In this document: positions 1 to 8,572 of the stretch, piece after piece
How the letters are laid out: every line of letters starts with the position of its first letter
Position numbering within the stretch: position 1 is the first letter of the stretch
Source: a virus
Taxonomy: Duplodnaviria; Heunggongvirae; Uroviricota; Caudoviricetes
Reading direction: 5' to 3' (one strand)
IMG/VR virus record: IMGVR_UViG_2875703104_000005
DNA: 42,114 nucleotides
Translations under genes and position numbers: made by a program
Notes under the pieces: model-generated
Seen by the model: the letters and a program-made list of their open reading frames with translations, nothing else
Databases searched by the model: none
Told to the model about the DNA's origin: nothing

Positions 1-1251
1 GTGCTTACCGATACAAAATTAAAAAACCTCAAGCCGCAGGACAAACTGTACAAGGTCTCCGATCGTGACGGGCTGTATGTAGCTGTGCTTACGTCAGGCA
101 CGGTCTCGTTTCGCTATGACTACCGTATCAACGGTCGCCGCGAAACACTGGTAATCGGGCAGTATGGGCGTGACGGTATCAGCCTGGCAGAAGCGCGAGA
201 AGAACTGATTGCTGCAAAGAAGCTGCTTAAAGCAGGCCAGTCACCGGCTGCGGCTAAACGTGACGGTATCAAAAAGATTCGTGGTGCCGAGACGTTTGCG
301 GTACATACCGACAGTTATATGAAACATGTCATCCTAGCTGACAGTACCCGCGCAATGAAGCAGGTGGTGATCGACCGTGACATACTTCCGGTTCTTGGCA
401 ACAAAATGATGACTGAAATTACCACATCGATGGTTCGTGATTTGTGTGACCGGATTGTCGAACGCGGCGGCCGGGCAACAGCAGTGCAGGCCAGGGAGAT
501 CATCAGCAGCGTATACCGTCATGCCAATGACCGTGGTCATGGTTTGTTTAATCCTGCGGCTGACATTAAACCTTCGTCTATCGCCATATTTAAACCACGA
601 GAGCGAACACTGACACCAGAAGAAATTGGTCTGTTCTTCCGCACGCTGGATGCCATTGGTGCTATGGGCACTATGAAAATGGCTTTAAAGCTGGTGCTTA
701 TCACTATGGTTCGTAAAGGCGAATTCACCAATGCAACGTGGGATGAAATAGATTTTAAAAAATGGACATGGACAATTCCTTCAGACCGCATGAAGGGAAG
801 CCGGGCGCACGTTATTTACCTGCCTAAACAGGCACAGGATATATTGGTTGGGTTGCAGATGTGCGCTGGTGGAAGTGAATATCTGGTTCCTGGTCGTTAC
901 AATTTCCGGAAGCCATTATCTAATGCCGCGCTGAACTCTCTGATCGACAGAACGGTGAAAATAATAAATGAAGATGGTGAGCATATTCAGGGCTTCACCG
1001 TACACGATATGCGCCGTACAGCCAGTACGTTGTTGCATGAGGCTGGTTATCCTTCAGACTGGATTGAAAAGGCTCTGGCACATGAGCAGAAAGGTGTGCG
1101 CGCCGTATATAACAAAGCGGAATACGCCAGACAGCGCGCCTACATGTTGCAGCAGTGGGCCGATATGATTGATTCCTGGATTAACGGGGAGCATACGGAT
1201 CTGATTCCGTTCTCCCCGTCGAAGTTTGAGAAGTGGATGGCGGGGGAATAA
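1..1251 (+). CDS. Tyrosine-type phage integrase
   Basis: 416-aa ORF with C-terminal catalytic region (HDMRRTASTLL ... VRAVYNKAEY). Begins with GTG at window position 1, so the true 5' end could lie beyond the window. Confidence 0.85.
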   Translation: MLTDTKLKNLKPQDKLYKVSDRDGLYVAVLTSGTVSFRYDYRINGRRETLVIGQYGRDGISLAEAREELIAAKKLLKAGQSPAAAKRDGIKKIRGAETFAVHTDSYMKHVILADSTRAMKQVVIDRDILPVLGNKMMTEITTSMVRDLCDRIVERGGRATAVQAREIISSVYRHANDRGHGLFNPAADIKPSSIAIFKPRERTLTPEEIGLFFRTLDAIGAMGTMKMALKLVLITMVRKGEFTNATWDEIDFKKWTWTIPSDRMKGSRAHVIYLPKQAQDILVGLQMCAGGSEYLVPGRYNFRKPLSNAALNSLIDRTVKIINEDGEHIQGFTVHDMRRTASTLLHEAGYPSDWIEKALAHEQKGVRAVYNKAEYARQRAYMLQQWADMIDSWINGEHTDLIPFSPSKFEKWMAGE

Positions 1252-1254
1252 CGT

Positions 1255-1449
1255 TTAATAGTTCTGCTGATTTTCTTCCATCTCTGCTTCTGCTGCCAGT
1301 GATTCAATTTTGTTTTCGAATATTGCTGACAGTGTTGCAAATTCAGCATCAGTGACAGCGGGAATTGGAACAAACCTGATCCCGCTGTGTGCAAGCATGT
1401 TTGCAGTTTCAAGGCATTTTCTTAAATCTGCTGGTGATGCCATGTTCAT
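1255..1449 (-). CDS. Small hypothetical phage protein (64 aa)
   Basis: ATG overlaps the stop of the upstream methyltransferase gene (ATGA coupling); same operon direction. Longer ORF-track form 1255-1569 rejected because it overlaps the methyltransferase. Confidence 0.45.
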   Translation of the reverse strand: MNMASPADLRKCLETANMLAHSGIRFVPIPAVTDAEFATLSAIFENKIESLAAEAEMEENQQNY

Positions 1450-2096
1450 GCAGCACGCTCCCGCCCCTGGTTGTCTGTTGGTGACAGCGGAGAATTGCTG
1501 AATGCATTTGTTAATCCGCCAATATCCAACGCGTATCCAGGGTGTAGTTGCACTGCCGAGTCTTCGCACTGATTACCCCAAACATCGAAGCCATGAGACG
1601 ACTGGCGGGCGAACAGTTCAATGCGAGAAACATCGCCTAACAATTGCACAAGTTTTTCACGAACGACATCTGGTTTTCTTGAGTGCTCAAGCCGCGGTGC
1701 GGTAAATGACTGAACGATCCCTGCATTAATGCGCGGAGGTAGTTTTCCCTTTACCGCAAACAGGCAATCTTCACTATTGGCGCGAGTCATGTGTCCCATA
1801 CCCATAACCAGTTTATCTGGTTGTCGACTACCACATTTTATCCACGTGAAGCCCTTCATGGTCATAAGACGAAATCCCCAGGCTTCAACAACTTTTAGTG
1901 CTTCGAGTGGTTGTGTTGGCACCCACCACATGGCCAACAGACAGTTTTCAGCGGCCAAATCCCACACAGGAAGGCGGCAGATATCCAGCACACTCATAAC
2001 TGGATATTTAAAACCGGCACCGCGATTACCATCTGCGGCTTTGTCCCGGTATACCCATGGTGGATCTGCATAGATTAGCGTGTATTTCTTAGTCAT
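1446..2096 (-). CDS. DNA N6-adenine methyltransferase, MT-A70-like
   Basis: 216-aa ORF with the DPPW catalytic motif (LIYADPPWVY) near the N-terminus, typical of MT-A70/phage Dam-like methyltransferases. Confidence 0.75.
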   Translation of the reverse strand: MTKKYTLIYADPPWVYRDKAADGNRGAGFKYPVMSVLDICRLPVWDLAAENCLLAMWWVPTQPLEALKVVEAWGFRLMTMKGFTWIKCGSRQPDKLVMGMGHMTRANSEDCLFAVKGKLPPRINAGIVQSFTAPRLEHSRKPDVVREKLVQLLGDVSRIELFARQSSHGFDVWGNQCEDSAVQLHPGYALDIGGLTNAFSNSPLSPTDNQGRERAA

Positions 2097-2388
2097 AAAC
2101 CACCCCGCAACATCCTATACCGCTATAGTCTCCACGGCGAAGGCCGTTACCTTTTGTGATACATTGGTCCCTGCGAACCGCGATCCTTGCACGCTCAACA
2201 TCACCAGAAGCAACATCCATACACTGAAGCCAAAGGTGGGCGGCAATGCGGAACTGCCCTTTTTTCTCTCTTTCAATCGCGCGTTTTTCGAACTCTATCG
2301 CCGCAGGAGTAACGGCGATAACCTTTGAAGGACGGCGCATTGAAACCTTGTTCATGTGATATTTTTCAAGTCGGCTTAACTTTCTCAC
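2089..2388 (-). CDS. Hypothetical protein
   Basis: 99-aa ORF in the minus-strand early operon between the AlpA-like and methyltransferase genes; start codon uncertain (GTG at 2388 or internal ATG). Confidence 0.35.
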   Translation of the reverse strand: MRKLSRLEKYHMNKVSMRRPSKVIAVTPAAIEFEKRAIEREKKGQFRIAAHLWLQCMDVASGDVERARIAVRRDQCITKGNGLRRGDYSGIGCCGVVYD

Positions 2389-2497
2389 TTAATCCAACCC
2401 TCTCTGAAAATTAATGCCAGCAGATAAAGCCATGCTGAAACAGAGGCCAGGAATAAGTACCATCCTGACCATTTGCTCCAGTGCCTTAGCAGCGCAC

Positions 2498-2746
2498 TCA
2501 TGCAGCGTTGCTCACAGGACGATATACACGTTGCTGAACAGGAGGCTTTTTACCCTGGAACTCTGCCGGGCTTGCTGCCTGACGTTCATCAAGCCAACGC
2601 TCAACTTCGTCACGGTTCCATGCGCAGCGTTTGTCAGTGATATACCAGCGTTTAGGAAATTCCCCTGCGCGCTCCATACGGTCGATAGTGCTCCATGACA
2701 GTGGCACCACCGCCAGGAGTTCCTTCTTACCTAATGCACCTTTCAT
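2498..2746 (-). CDS. AlpA-family DNA-binding regulator / excisionase-like
   Basis: 82 aa; sequence LLAVVPLSWSTIDRMERAGEFPKRWYI matches the AlpA/Xis-type winged HTH pattern; AGAGAGG RBS upstream. Confidence 0.7.
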   Translation of the reverse strand: MKGALGKKELLAVVPLSWSTIDRMERAGEFPKRWYITDKRCAWNRDEVERWLDERQAASPAEFQGKKPPVQQRVYRPVSNAA

Positions 2747-2795
2747 AAATACCTCTCTTGGTTGCAGTGCGGCGCGCGTGGCGCCGCGGTGGTGG

Positions 2796-3737
2796 TTACA
2801 TAGATGTTTCGTTTAATTCTTCCCGACGAACGCTGTAAACGTCGGTGGCTTTTGCCAGCAGTTCGTCATCATCTGAAAGTTTCTGTTCAATGTATTTGTA
2901 AGCCTTATCCAGTTCGGAGACAGTGCTGTAATTCATCGCTGCGCTGGTAAAGGCCATCAGCATTTCTTCTGGATCACGGCTATCCGCTTTACGCGTTTGC
3001 TCATCAGGCTTTTTCACTGGTTTAGCGTTGATCAGACTGTTCATTCCCGCAGCAGTGGTCGTTTGCGGAGTAATGTCTCGCTCAACGCGCGGTGCCGTTT
3101 CCTGTAATTCGTCAGGGGTGTAGACGCCCATGATTACGTCAGGACAGTGCAAGCGAGACCAGCGTTTTGTCGCAAGGTATGCGAGTTGTTGTTTCGGATC
3201 ACTGGCCCAAAGTGTGGAGTTTCTTACCTGTGCTTGAGACAGCATTAACTCAAGCACTCGAGGTTGATCCTCGCCCTTCATGGTTGCCCATACGCGAACA
3301 CCGCAGCCTTCTTCGTCTTTTAGAGTCCAGCCTGGTGCGATATATGGATTGCCGTTTTTGGATGTTTTCTCAACAAACTTACCGATCACGCGTTCCCACG
3401 GCCCGAACCACTCGTAGTTGATGCGATCTTTTGTTGGCGACATCGTTGAGATAACTGCGTTTACTAATTGGGCTTCATAACCTAGCGTGCCGTTCACAAC
3501 ATGGGTTTTCTGAGCCACGGCAAACGGGTTCATTCCCCACTGCGCAGCCTGCATTGCCACGGCCATGCAATCAGCTGGTTTCCCGGCGAGGTGCGCCGGT
3601 ACCGTTACGCGGCTTTGCGCCATTACCTCGGCGAATTTCATCAGTTGGTTCAAGCCGTCTGGGCTGAAAATAGTTGCAGCAGTTCCAGCGATTGCTGTGT
3701 CTACTGGTGCGTTGATGTTTGCGATGTCGTTGCTCAT
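2796..3737 (-). CDS. RecT/Red-beta-family single-strand annealing protein
   Basis: 313 aa; QWGMNPF motif resembles QYGLNPW of lambda Bet. Start ATG overlaps the stop of the upstream exonuclease gene (ATGA). Confidence 0.65.
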   Translation of the reverse strand: MSNDIANINAPVDTAIAGTAATIFSPDGLNQLMKFAEVMAQSRVTVPAHLAGKPADCMAVAMQAAQWGMNPFAVAQKTHVVNGTLGYEAQLVNAVISTMSPTKDRINYEWFGPWERVIGKFVEKTSKNGNPYIAPGWTLKDEEGCGVRVWATMKGEDQPRVLELMLSQAQVRNSTLWASDPKQQLAYLATKRWSRLHCPDVIMGVYTPDELQETAPRVERDITPQTTTAAGMNSLINAKPVKKPDEQTRKADSRDPEEMLMAFTSAAMNYSTVSELDKAYKYIEQKLSDDDELLAKATDVYSVRREELNETSM

Positions 3738-4555
3738 ATGTACATATCCTGTTTGCGTGCCCACTCAGGGCGTTTAATGATTTCCACACCGCCCCATTCA
3801 TCATTGATGCGGCATTCGTGATAGGTATTCAGATCCCGGCGGAACAGAGCGTGCCCGGCATCGACATCCTGCGCATCCAGCTCGAACACGCGTACCGGAT
3901 ACCGACCACAATCAATGCTTTCGCTCACGGCAAGAAAGAAAAAACCATGCGGCTGACCAGTAACCCTCATTGCGCCTTCGCGGTACATTGCGTCCTGCAC
4001 GTGGTAGCGGAATTCCTCGATGTGGCGTGCAAAACGGTCCATATCTGCAACCTTTTTCACGTCGACGATCACGTTGTGCTCGTTCAGCCATTTGTCTGGA
4101 CGAATTCGGCACAACTCCCCCGTCTCTTCATCGTTCCAGTACATTGATGCTTCGCAGTAACCAGGTGCTTCCAACATCCAGCGTGCCGCCGGGTGAGCCA
4201 TTGCGCTATCACGCATCAGCTCCAGTTTCCGCCACTGCTCTGCATCAAGTACCGAAATCCCCATATCCGCAATATCACGAAGAAATGCCTCTTCGTCAGC
4301 TTTACCTTGTTTCGTCCGACGTTCGAATTTCGGTGAAACAATGAAGCGTTTGTCGAACTCTCCAGGCTCCAGAAGCAGACAGTGCAATGCGGTTCCCATA
4401 TCCAGTGCAGACTTTTTCTCTTCGTCTTCTGGTGCTGCCTGAACCCATTTAAGAAGCGCCGGATTCTTGGCAACCATGTCCAGTTGCGACTTACTCACGC
4501 CGTCACCGGCGTGGTAGTCTTCGTTGCTGATGTCGAAATAAATTCCCGGTTTCAT
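3734..4555 (-). CDS. PD-(D/E)XK exonuclease, recombination partner of the annealing protein
   Basis: 273 aa; N-terminal GIYFDISNEDYHA and D-x-K ... E-x-x-Y-x-x-Q block (VDVKKV ... EEFRYHVQDAMY) typical of phage exonuclease VIII-like nucleases; translationally coupled to the annealing protein gene. Confidence 0.65.
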   Translation of the reverse strand: MKPGIYFDISNEDYHAGDGVSKSQLDMVAKNPALLKWVQAAPEDEEKKSALDMGTALHCLLLEPGEFDKRFIVSPKFERRTKQGKADEEAFLRDIADMGISVLDAEQWRKLELMRDSAMAHPAARWMLEAPGYCEASMYWNDEETGELCRIRPDKWLNEHNVIVDVKKVADMDRFARHIEEFRYHVQDAMYREGAMRVTGQPHGFFFLAVSESIDCGRYPVRVFELDAQDVDAGHALFRRDLNTYHECRINDEWGGVEIIKRPEWARKQDMYI

Positions 4556-4851
4556 GCCGCGTCCCTCTGCCCATCAAGCTGATCAGCCAGATCCCAGCGG
4601 GCGATAATTGCCATTGCCTCTCGCCGGTAGGAATCCATCAGTTCTTCGAACTCTGGACTGTCTTTAGCGGCCTCCAGTACTTCCTGGCGAACGCCTTTAC
4701 CTGTTACAGCGTCGAAAGTTGAGGCCAGTTGATGAAGCCGGATGCTCTCGATCAGTTCAACTTGTCGGTCATATAGCTGTTCTGACAGGCGGTAGTCCTT
4801 GTCGAATGCCAGCATGATTTTTTGAAGATTTTTCTGCTGATTAACGTTCAT
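4552..4851 (-). CDS. Hypothetical early protein
   Basis: Start chosen at ATG 4851 (MNVNQQ) with GGAGGG RBS; overlaps the stop of the upstream small ORF. Confidence 0.5.
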   Translation of the reverse strand: MNVNQQKNLQKIMLAFDKDYRLSEQLYDRQVELIESIRLHQLASTFDAVTGKGVRQEVLEAAKDSPEFEELMDSYRREAMAIIARWDLADQLDGQRDAA

Positions 4852-4853
4852 TA

Positions 4854-5006
4854 TCAGCCCTCCCATATCTCGTTATCGTTGGCCACATCGCGAGCTTCTT
4901 TGCTGACGAAAGCCCACTTAATGCCTTCCTGTAAGGTGCGGAACTTCCAGCTCATGAATCCGCATGCAGTAACGCAGTACCAACCGTTGATGATTTTCCA
5001 CTGCAT
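4854..5006 (-). CDS. Small Cys-containing protein (50 aa), first gene of the leftward early operon
   Basis: Not in the ORF track (under 60 aa). ATG at 5006 with GAGGT RBS; stop couples to the next gene; operator-like palindrome at 5087-5103 upstream. Translation MQWKIINGWYCVTACGFMSWKFRTLQEGIKWAFVSKEARDVANDNEIWEG. Confidence 0.35.
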   Translation of the reverse strand: MQWKIINGWYCVTACGFMSWKFRTLQEGIKWAFVSKEARDVANDNEIWEG

Positions 5007-5086
5007 AACTTGTTACCTCGGTCTGTTACCGTTGAGGTAATAATTATGCGTATTTGGTTTGATGTCAATAGATATGAGTTAAAAAA

Positions 5087-5103
5087 ATTACCCATTAGGT
5101 AAT
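5087..5103. promoter_or_regulatory. Operator-like palindrome ATTACC-CATTA-GGTAAT (leftward early promoter region)
   Basis: Perfect 6-5-6 inverted repeat between the repressor-gene terminator and the leftward operon start. Confidence 0.55.
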
Positions 5104-5112
5104 AGTATAGGC

Positions 5113-5138
5113 AATAAAAAAGCCGCCAGAAGGCGGCT
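5113..5138 (-). terminator. Intrinsic terminator after the repressor gene
   Basis: Stem AGCCGCC/GGCGGCT with loop, followed on the minus strand by TTTTTATT; about 20 bp past the repressor stop. Confidence 0.65.
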
Positions 5139-5159
5139 TACTTACTGAAAAATATGATT

Positions 5160-5744
5160 TTATTGTTTGTTTTTTTCGTTCTGGTTGATGACAAATTCAA
5201 TGTAACTTTCGATCTTTGCTTTCTCGGTTTCGGGTAACAATGCGTAGCGCGAGCGGTCATAGTTGATGGTCGCAGGGTCGTGCGGGTGAATCAGTAATTC
5301 ATAGCCGTGACGCCCGAATGCTGATGCAACATTCTCCAGGGTGGAAATGGAAACACTGACCTCATTGTTTAACAGGCGGCTGATTGTCACCTGGGCGACG
5401 CCGGATGCGCGGTGAAGTTTTCCCTGAGTTGAAAGGTCGCGGCTTTCGCTCATCCAGCGTTCCAGGTTGTGAGCCGCCAGCTGACCAATGTCGCTTGGGC
5501 CGACAGGCTGAAAACCTTCCTGAGAAAGCGAGCGATCGATATCAAGCCAGTTACGTGGTTTATTGGCGGCAGCTTCAATTTTTCGCGCAACCTGGTCGCC
5601 GATAACCTTCTTGCCAAGAGCCCAGCGGTTTACCAGATTTGCCTGAGTTCCAAGTTTTTCTGCCATCCGCGTCTGAACACCATTGAATTCACGGTCGATC
5701 AAGTCGTTGAGATTTTGCCTGCGGACGTCCTGGATACTTTTCAT
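5160..5744 (-). CDS. CI-like repressor with two HTH domains, no S24 peptidase domain
   Basis: 194 aa; two XRE-type HTH segments (AEKLGTQANLVNRWALGKK and ASGVAQVTISRLLNNEVSVSISTLENVA); no Ala-Gly/Ser-Lys autocleavage module. Divergent from the Cro-like gene across a three-site operator region. Confidence 0.6.
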   Translation of the reverse strand: MKSIQDVRRQNLNDLIDREFNGVQTRMAEKLGTQANLVNRWALGKKVIGDQVARKIEAAANKPRNWLDIDRSLSQEGFQPVGPSDIGQLAAHNLERWMSESRDLSTQGKLHRASGVAQVTISRLLNNEVSVSISTLENVASAFGRHGYELLIHPHDPATINYDRSRYALLPETEKAKIESYIEFVINQNEKNKQ

Positions 5745-5798
5745 TTTCTGGAAAATCGCCTCATATATGAATCAGTAGATGATTCAATTTAAAGCAAT

Positions 5799-5863
5799 AT
5801 TACCCAACAGGTAAATGCACCTCATGGGTAACTATCCTTGATTTTTGTTACCTTATGGGTGAA
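5799..5863. promoter_or_regulatory. Three-site operator cluster between repressor and Cro-like genes
   Basis: ATTACC-CAACA-GGTAAA (5799-5815), degenerate TGCACC-TCATG-GGTAAC (5816-5832), GTTACC-TTATG-GGTGAA (5847-5863). The last lies in the spacer of a plausible rightward promoter (TTGTTA 5845-5850, TATTAT 5868-5873). Confidence 0.6.
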
Positions 5864-5898
5864 TATTTATTATCTGAAATAAATATCAGGCAATAGCT

Positions 5899-6129
5899 AT
5901 GAGCGATAACGGACATTTCGATTTCAAAAAGCACTGGCTTGCACTTACTCCGGATGAGCGTGAAGCCTTCGCACAGGAAGCCGGAACGACGAGTCACTAT
6001 ATCCAGACTCACTTAACAGGTAAGCGCAAAATGCCAGGTAAAGTATTGATGAATGGGCTTTTTAAAGCCTGTAAAACAAGACAATGGCTGCGCTCAAAAG
6101 CAGAACTGGCATACTTCTTCTACTCATGA
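5899..6129 (+). CDS. Cro-like small DNA-binding protein
   Basis: 76 aa, first gene of the rightward operon, divergent from the repressor gene; followed by a tR1-like terminator. Assignment is mainly positional. Confidence 0.5.
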   Translation: MSDNGHFDFKKHWLALTPDEREAFAQEAGTTSHYIQTHLTGKRKMPGKVLMNGLFKACKTRQWLRSKAELAYFFYS

Positions 6130-6150
6130 TATCCAGCTACAACCCTCTGT

Positions 6151-6175
6151 AGACCGCCACCCGGCGGTCTTTTCA
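6151..6175 (+). terminator. tR1-like intrinsic terminator after the Cro-like gene
   Basis: Stem GACCGCC/GGCGGTC, loop ACCC, then TTTTCAT. Confidence 0.6.
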
Positions 6176-6183
6176 TATCTATT

Positions 6184-6200
6184 CGTACCTCAAAGGTAAT
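6184..6200. promoter_or_regulatory. Degenerate operator-like site CGTACC-TCAAA-GGTAAT
   Basis: One perfect half-site, one 4/6; between the tR1-like terminator and the zinc-ribbon gene. Confidence 0.3.
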
Positions 6201-6277
6201 AAAAAACCAAATCTGGTTGATCAAATTTTCCAATTGTGCAAAATAGCCAATATCAATAACAAAAAGGGGCGGAAAAA

Positions 6278-6490
6278 TTGAAGATAGTAACCAGAATGGA
6301 GGCCGCAAAAGCCGGGTTAAATCGCTATTTCACAGGAAAGCGGTGCCGTCACGGCCATCTCTCTGAAAGGTATGTTCTGAACGGAACATGTGTTGAATGT
6401 GCAATGAATAGCGCCAACCGCCATCGTAATGAATTTGCTTGTGCACTAAAGAGTGCAAGAGGGGAAACCTATGGCAAGCAGCTGGATTAA
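6278..6490 (+). CDS. Small zinc-ribbon protein in the cII position
   Basis: CRHGH ... CVEC arrangement; start ambiguous (TTG 6278 or ATG 6296); no recognisable similarity to lambda CII. Confidence 0.4.
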   Translation: MKIVTRMEAAKAGLNRYFTGKRCRHGHLSERYVLNGTCVECAMNSANRHRNEFACALKSARGETYGKQLD

Positions 6491-7301
6491 GGTTGAAGTT
6501 ATCACTCCTGATAAACCTGAAATTTTTCAGATAGCAGAAATTCTGGGTATTGATCCAGATGCTGTTCTTGGAAAGCTGGTTCGTATATGGGCATGGGCTG
6601 ACCAGCAAACAATAGACGGTAACGCTGGCAGCGTTACAAAAGGAGTACTTGATAGACTCGCTTTTATTACAGGATTTGCTGACGCCCTCATTAGCGTCGG
6701 ATGGCTTGCTTATCATGACGGCAAACTAATTCTTCCAAACTTTGAGCGACATAATGGAGAATCATCGAAAAAACGTGCACTTACGAATAGAAGAGTGGCA
6801 GAGCATCGAAAACGAGTAACGCAAAAAGTAACGCCAACAGCGTTACAAAAGGAGTTACCAGAGGAAGAGGAAGAGGAAGATATATATAAAACCCCACACA
6901 TAGCGCACGTGCGCGAGGGTGCTCCGACCAGTGAAGCGAACGGTATGCCGTTGCAGGTGGCTGAACCTGAATTTCTGGATGGCCTGAGTGAACCCATCGG
7001 GAAATTTCCGATGACCGATGGCTGGCATCCGTCGCCGGATTTTCGACGGCGTGCTGCGCTGTGGGGAACGGCCCTGCCGGAACCGGAATTTACACCTGCT
7101 GAACTTGCTGCATTCCGGGATTACTGGATGGCTGAGGGCAAAGTGTTCACGCAGGTTCAGTGGGAACAAAAATTCGCCAGGCACGTAAATCATATCAGGG
7201 GAAAATCAAAAAACGCCGGGAAAAGCGATGAGCTTGACTGGAATAACACTGACTGGATAGAAGGGGTGTGGGATGAAATCAACTCCAGAACTTCTCAATG
7301 A
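6471..7301 (+). CDS. Replication initiator / replisome organizer (O-like, DnaT-like C-terminus)
   Basis: N-terminus MASSWIKVEVITPDKPEIFQIAEILGI and C-terminal DnaT-like block (FRDYWMAEGKVFTQVQWEQKFARHV); sits directly upstream of the P-like gene. Start set at ATG 6471 with AGAGGGG RBS. Confidence 0.65.
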   Translation: MASSWIKVEVITPDKPEIFQIAEILGIDPDAVLGKLVRIWAWADQQTIDGNAGSVTKGVLDRLAFITGFADALISVGWLAYHDGKLILPNFERHNGESSKKRALTNRRVAEHRKRVTQKVTPTALQKELPEEEEEEDIYKTPHIAHVREGAPTSEANGMPLQVAEPEFLDGLSEPIGKFPMTDGWHPSPDFRRRAALWGTALPEPEFTPAELAAFRDYWMAEGKVFTQVQWEQKFARHVNHIRGKSKNAGKSDELDWNNTDWIEGVWDEINSRTSQ

Positions 7302-8049
7302 GTACGATCGCTTACGTGAGCATGGTGTTGCTGTGCATGAAGAGCGGCGTGACAGCAATGGCAAAAAGGAGCAGGTTGCTAGAATTTTCAATGAACTATT
7401 TGTCCAGTTACAGGCTGCATTTCCTGCAAGCGTTTCGACCATAAGGGAGCAGAACAAACTTAATGAATTCCGTAAGCAATGGATGCTTGCGTTTCTGGAG
7501 AATGGGATCACAACAATGGAACAGGTTAACGCTGGTATGCGCCACGCCCGCGCCAGTGAATCTCCGTTCTGGCCGTCGCCTGGGCAATTCATCAAGTGGT
7601 GCAAAGACAGCAAGATGGTTCTTGGCGTCACCATTGACGATGTGATGGCGGAGTTTCACCGGTACAGCAAGGAAAAAAGTTTATATCCTGGTGGTCCCGA
7701 AAGATTCCCGTGGCGACATCCGGTTATGTACTGGGTCGTATGTGATACCCGCCGTGCAATGTATCAGCGCCAGCTTAGCGAGATTGAGGTTGAGAAACAC
7801 GCGCGCAGGCTGCTCGATGATTGGGCGAAAAAGGTGGCTTCCGGACAGCAGATACCCGATCCGGTGATCAGCATACAGGCAAAGCCAGAACCCATGAGTA
7901 CACCTCCGGACACAGGGAGAGACGTTTACCATCCACCAGGGCGAAGTTTCGGGTGTATGCCTAACGCCGCCACCCTGGGGGGAATAACACCGGCGCAGTG
8001 GCTGATGGAGGAATACAGGCGGGGAAAGGCGGCAGGATTTATCAAGTAA
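7273..8049 (+). CDS. Replication protein P-like helicase loader
   Basis: ENGITTMEQVNAGMR ... SPGQF block closely matches lambda P; 258 aa. Confidence 0.8.
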   Translation: MKSTPELLNEYDRLREHGVAVHEERRDSNGKKEQVARIFNELFVQLQAAFPASVSTIREQNKLNEFRKQWMLAFLENGITTMEQVNAGMRHARASESPFWPSPGQFIKWCKDSKMVLGVTIDDVMAEFHRYSKEKSLYPGGPERFPWRHPVMYWVVCDTRRAMYQRQLSEIEVEKHARRLLDDWAKKVASGQQIPDPVISIQAKPEPMSTPPDTGRDVYHPPGRSFGCMPNAATLGGITPAQWLMEEYRRGKAAGFIK

Positions 8050-8054
8050 TACCA

Positions 8055-8074
8055 GCGCGATAGCGCATTTTTTT
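8055..8074 (+). terminator. Weak intrinsic terminator after the P-like gene
   Basis: Short GCGC/GCGC stem followed by ATTTTTTT. Confidence 0.35.
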
Positions 8075-8085
8075 ACGTCTTGATA

Positions 8086-8102
8086 ATTACCTGTTGGGTA
8101 AT
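8086..8102. promoter_or_regulatory. Operator-like palindrome ATTACC-TGTTG-GGTAAT
   Basis: Perfect half-sites, after the terminator that follows the P-like gene. Confidence 0.5.
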
Positions 8103-8147
8103 AAAATATTCTAAACTCTATTGATTTCGTGTCTTATGTGGTTTTTA

Positions 8148-8164
8148 ATTACCTCAGGGGTAAA
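8148..8164. promoter_or_regulatory. Operator-like palindrome ATTACC-TCAGG-GGTAAA overlapping an RBS
   Basis: Ends 3 bp before the ATG of the 8167 gene and overlaps its Shine-Dalgarno. Confidence 0.45.
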
Positions 8165-8166
8165 TC

Positions 8167-8511
8167 ATGAGAAAACAGATACAGGCTCTTGGTCGACTCA
8201 AAACAGGCCAGATGAACAAAACAGAATCTGTGTATTGCCAGCACCTTGAGCTGCGTAAACGTGCAGGGGAAATCGCCTGGTATCGATTCGAGGGTATCAA
8301 GCTGCGGTTAGCTGATAACACGTTCTATACGCCAGATTTCGCTGTGATGCTCGCCACCGGAGAGATGGAACTGCACGAAGTGAAAGGTTTCTGGACCGAC
8401 GACGCCAGGGTGAAAACCAAAGTCGCCGCAGATCAATATCCGTTCCGAATCATCGGGGTAACTGTTAAGCCAAAGAAAGCAGGTGGCGGATGGAAAATCG
8501 AAGAGTTCTGA
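8167..8511 (+). CDS. Putative PD-(D/E)XK-type nuclease (DUF1064-like)
   Basis: 114 aa; YTPDF ... ELHEVKG resembles a D-x(n)-E-x-K nuclease core; preceded by two operator-like palindromes. Confidence 0.45.
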   Translation: MRKQIQALGRLKTGQMNKTESVYCQHLELRKRAGEIAWYRFEGIKLRLADNTFYTPDFAVMLATGEMELHEVKGFWTDDARVKTKVAADQYPFRIIGVTVKPKKAGGGWKIEEF

Positions 8512-8572
8512 ATCGACGATCTTTTTAGTTATCAATGTAATCAATAAGTTATGTGGATAAGCGAGGGTAAAG

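Noticed and set aside
8148-8164. Treating the palindrome at 8148-8164 as only a Shine-Dalgarno coincidence
   Set aside because: It overlaps the RBS of the 8167 gene, but both half-sites match the recurring operator consensus, so it is kept as a candidate operator, possibly acting at the translational level.
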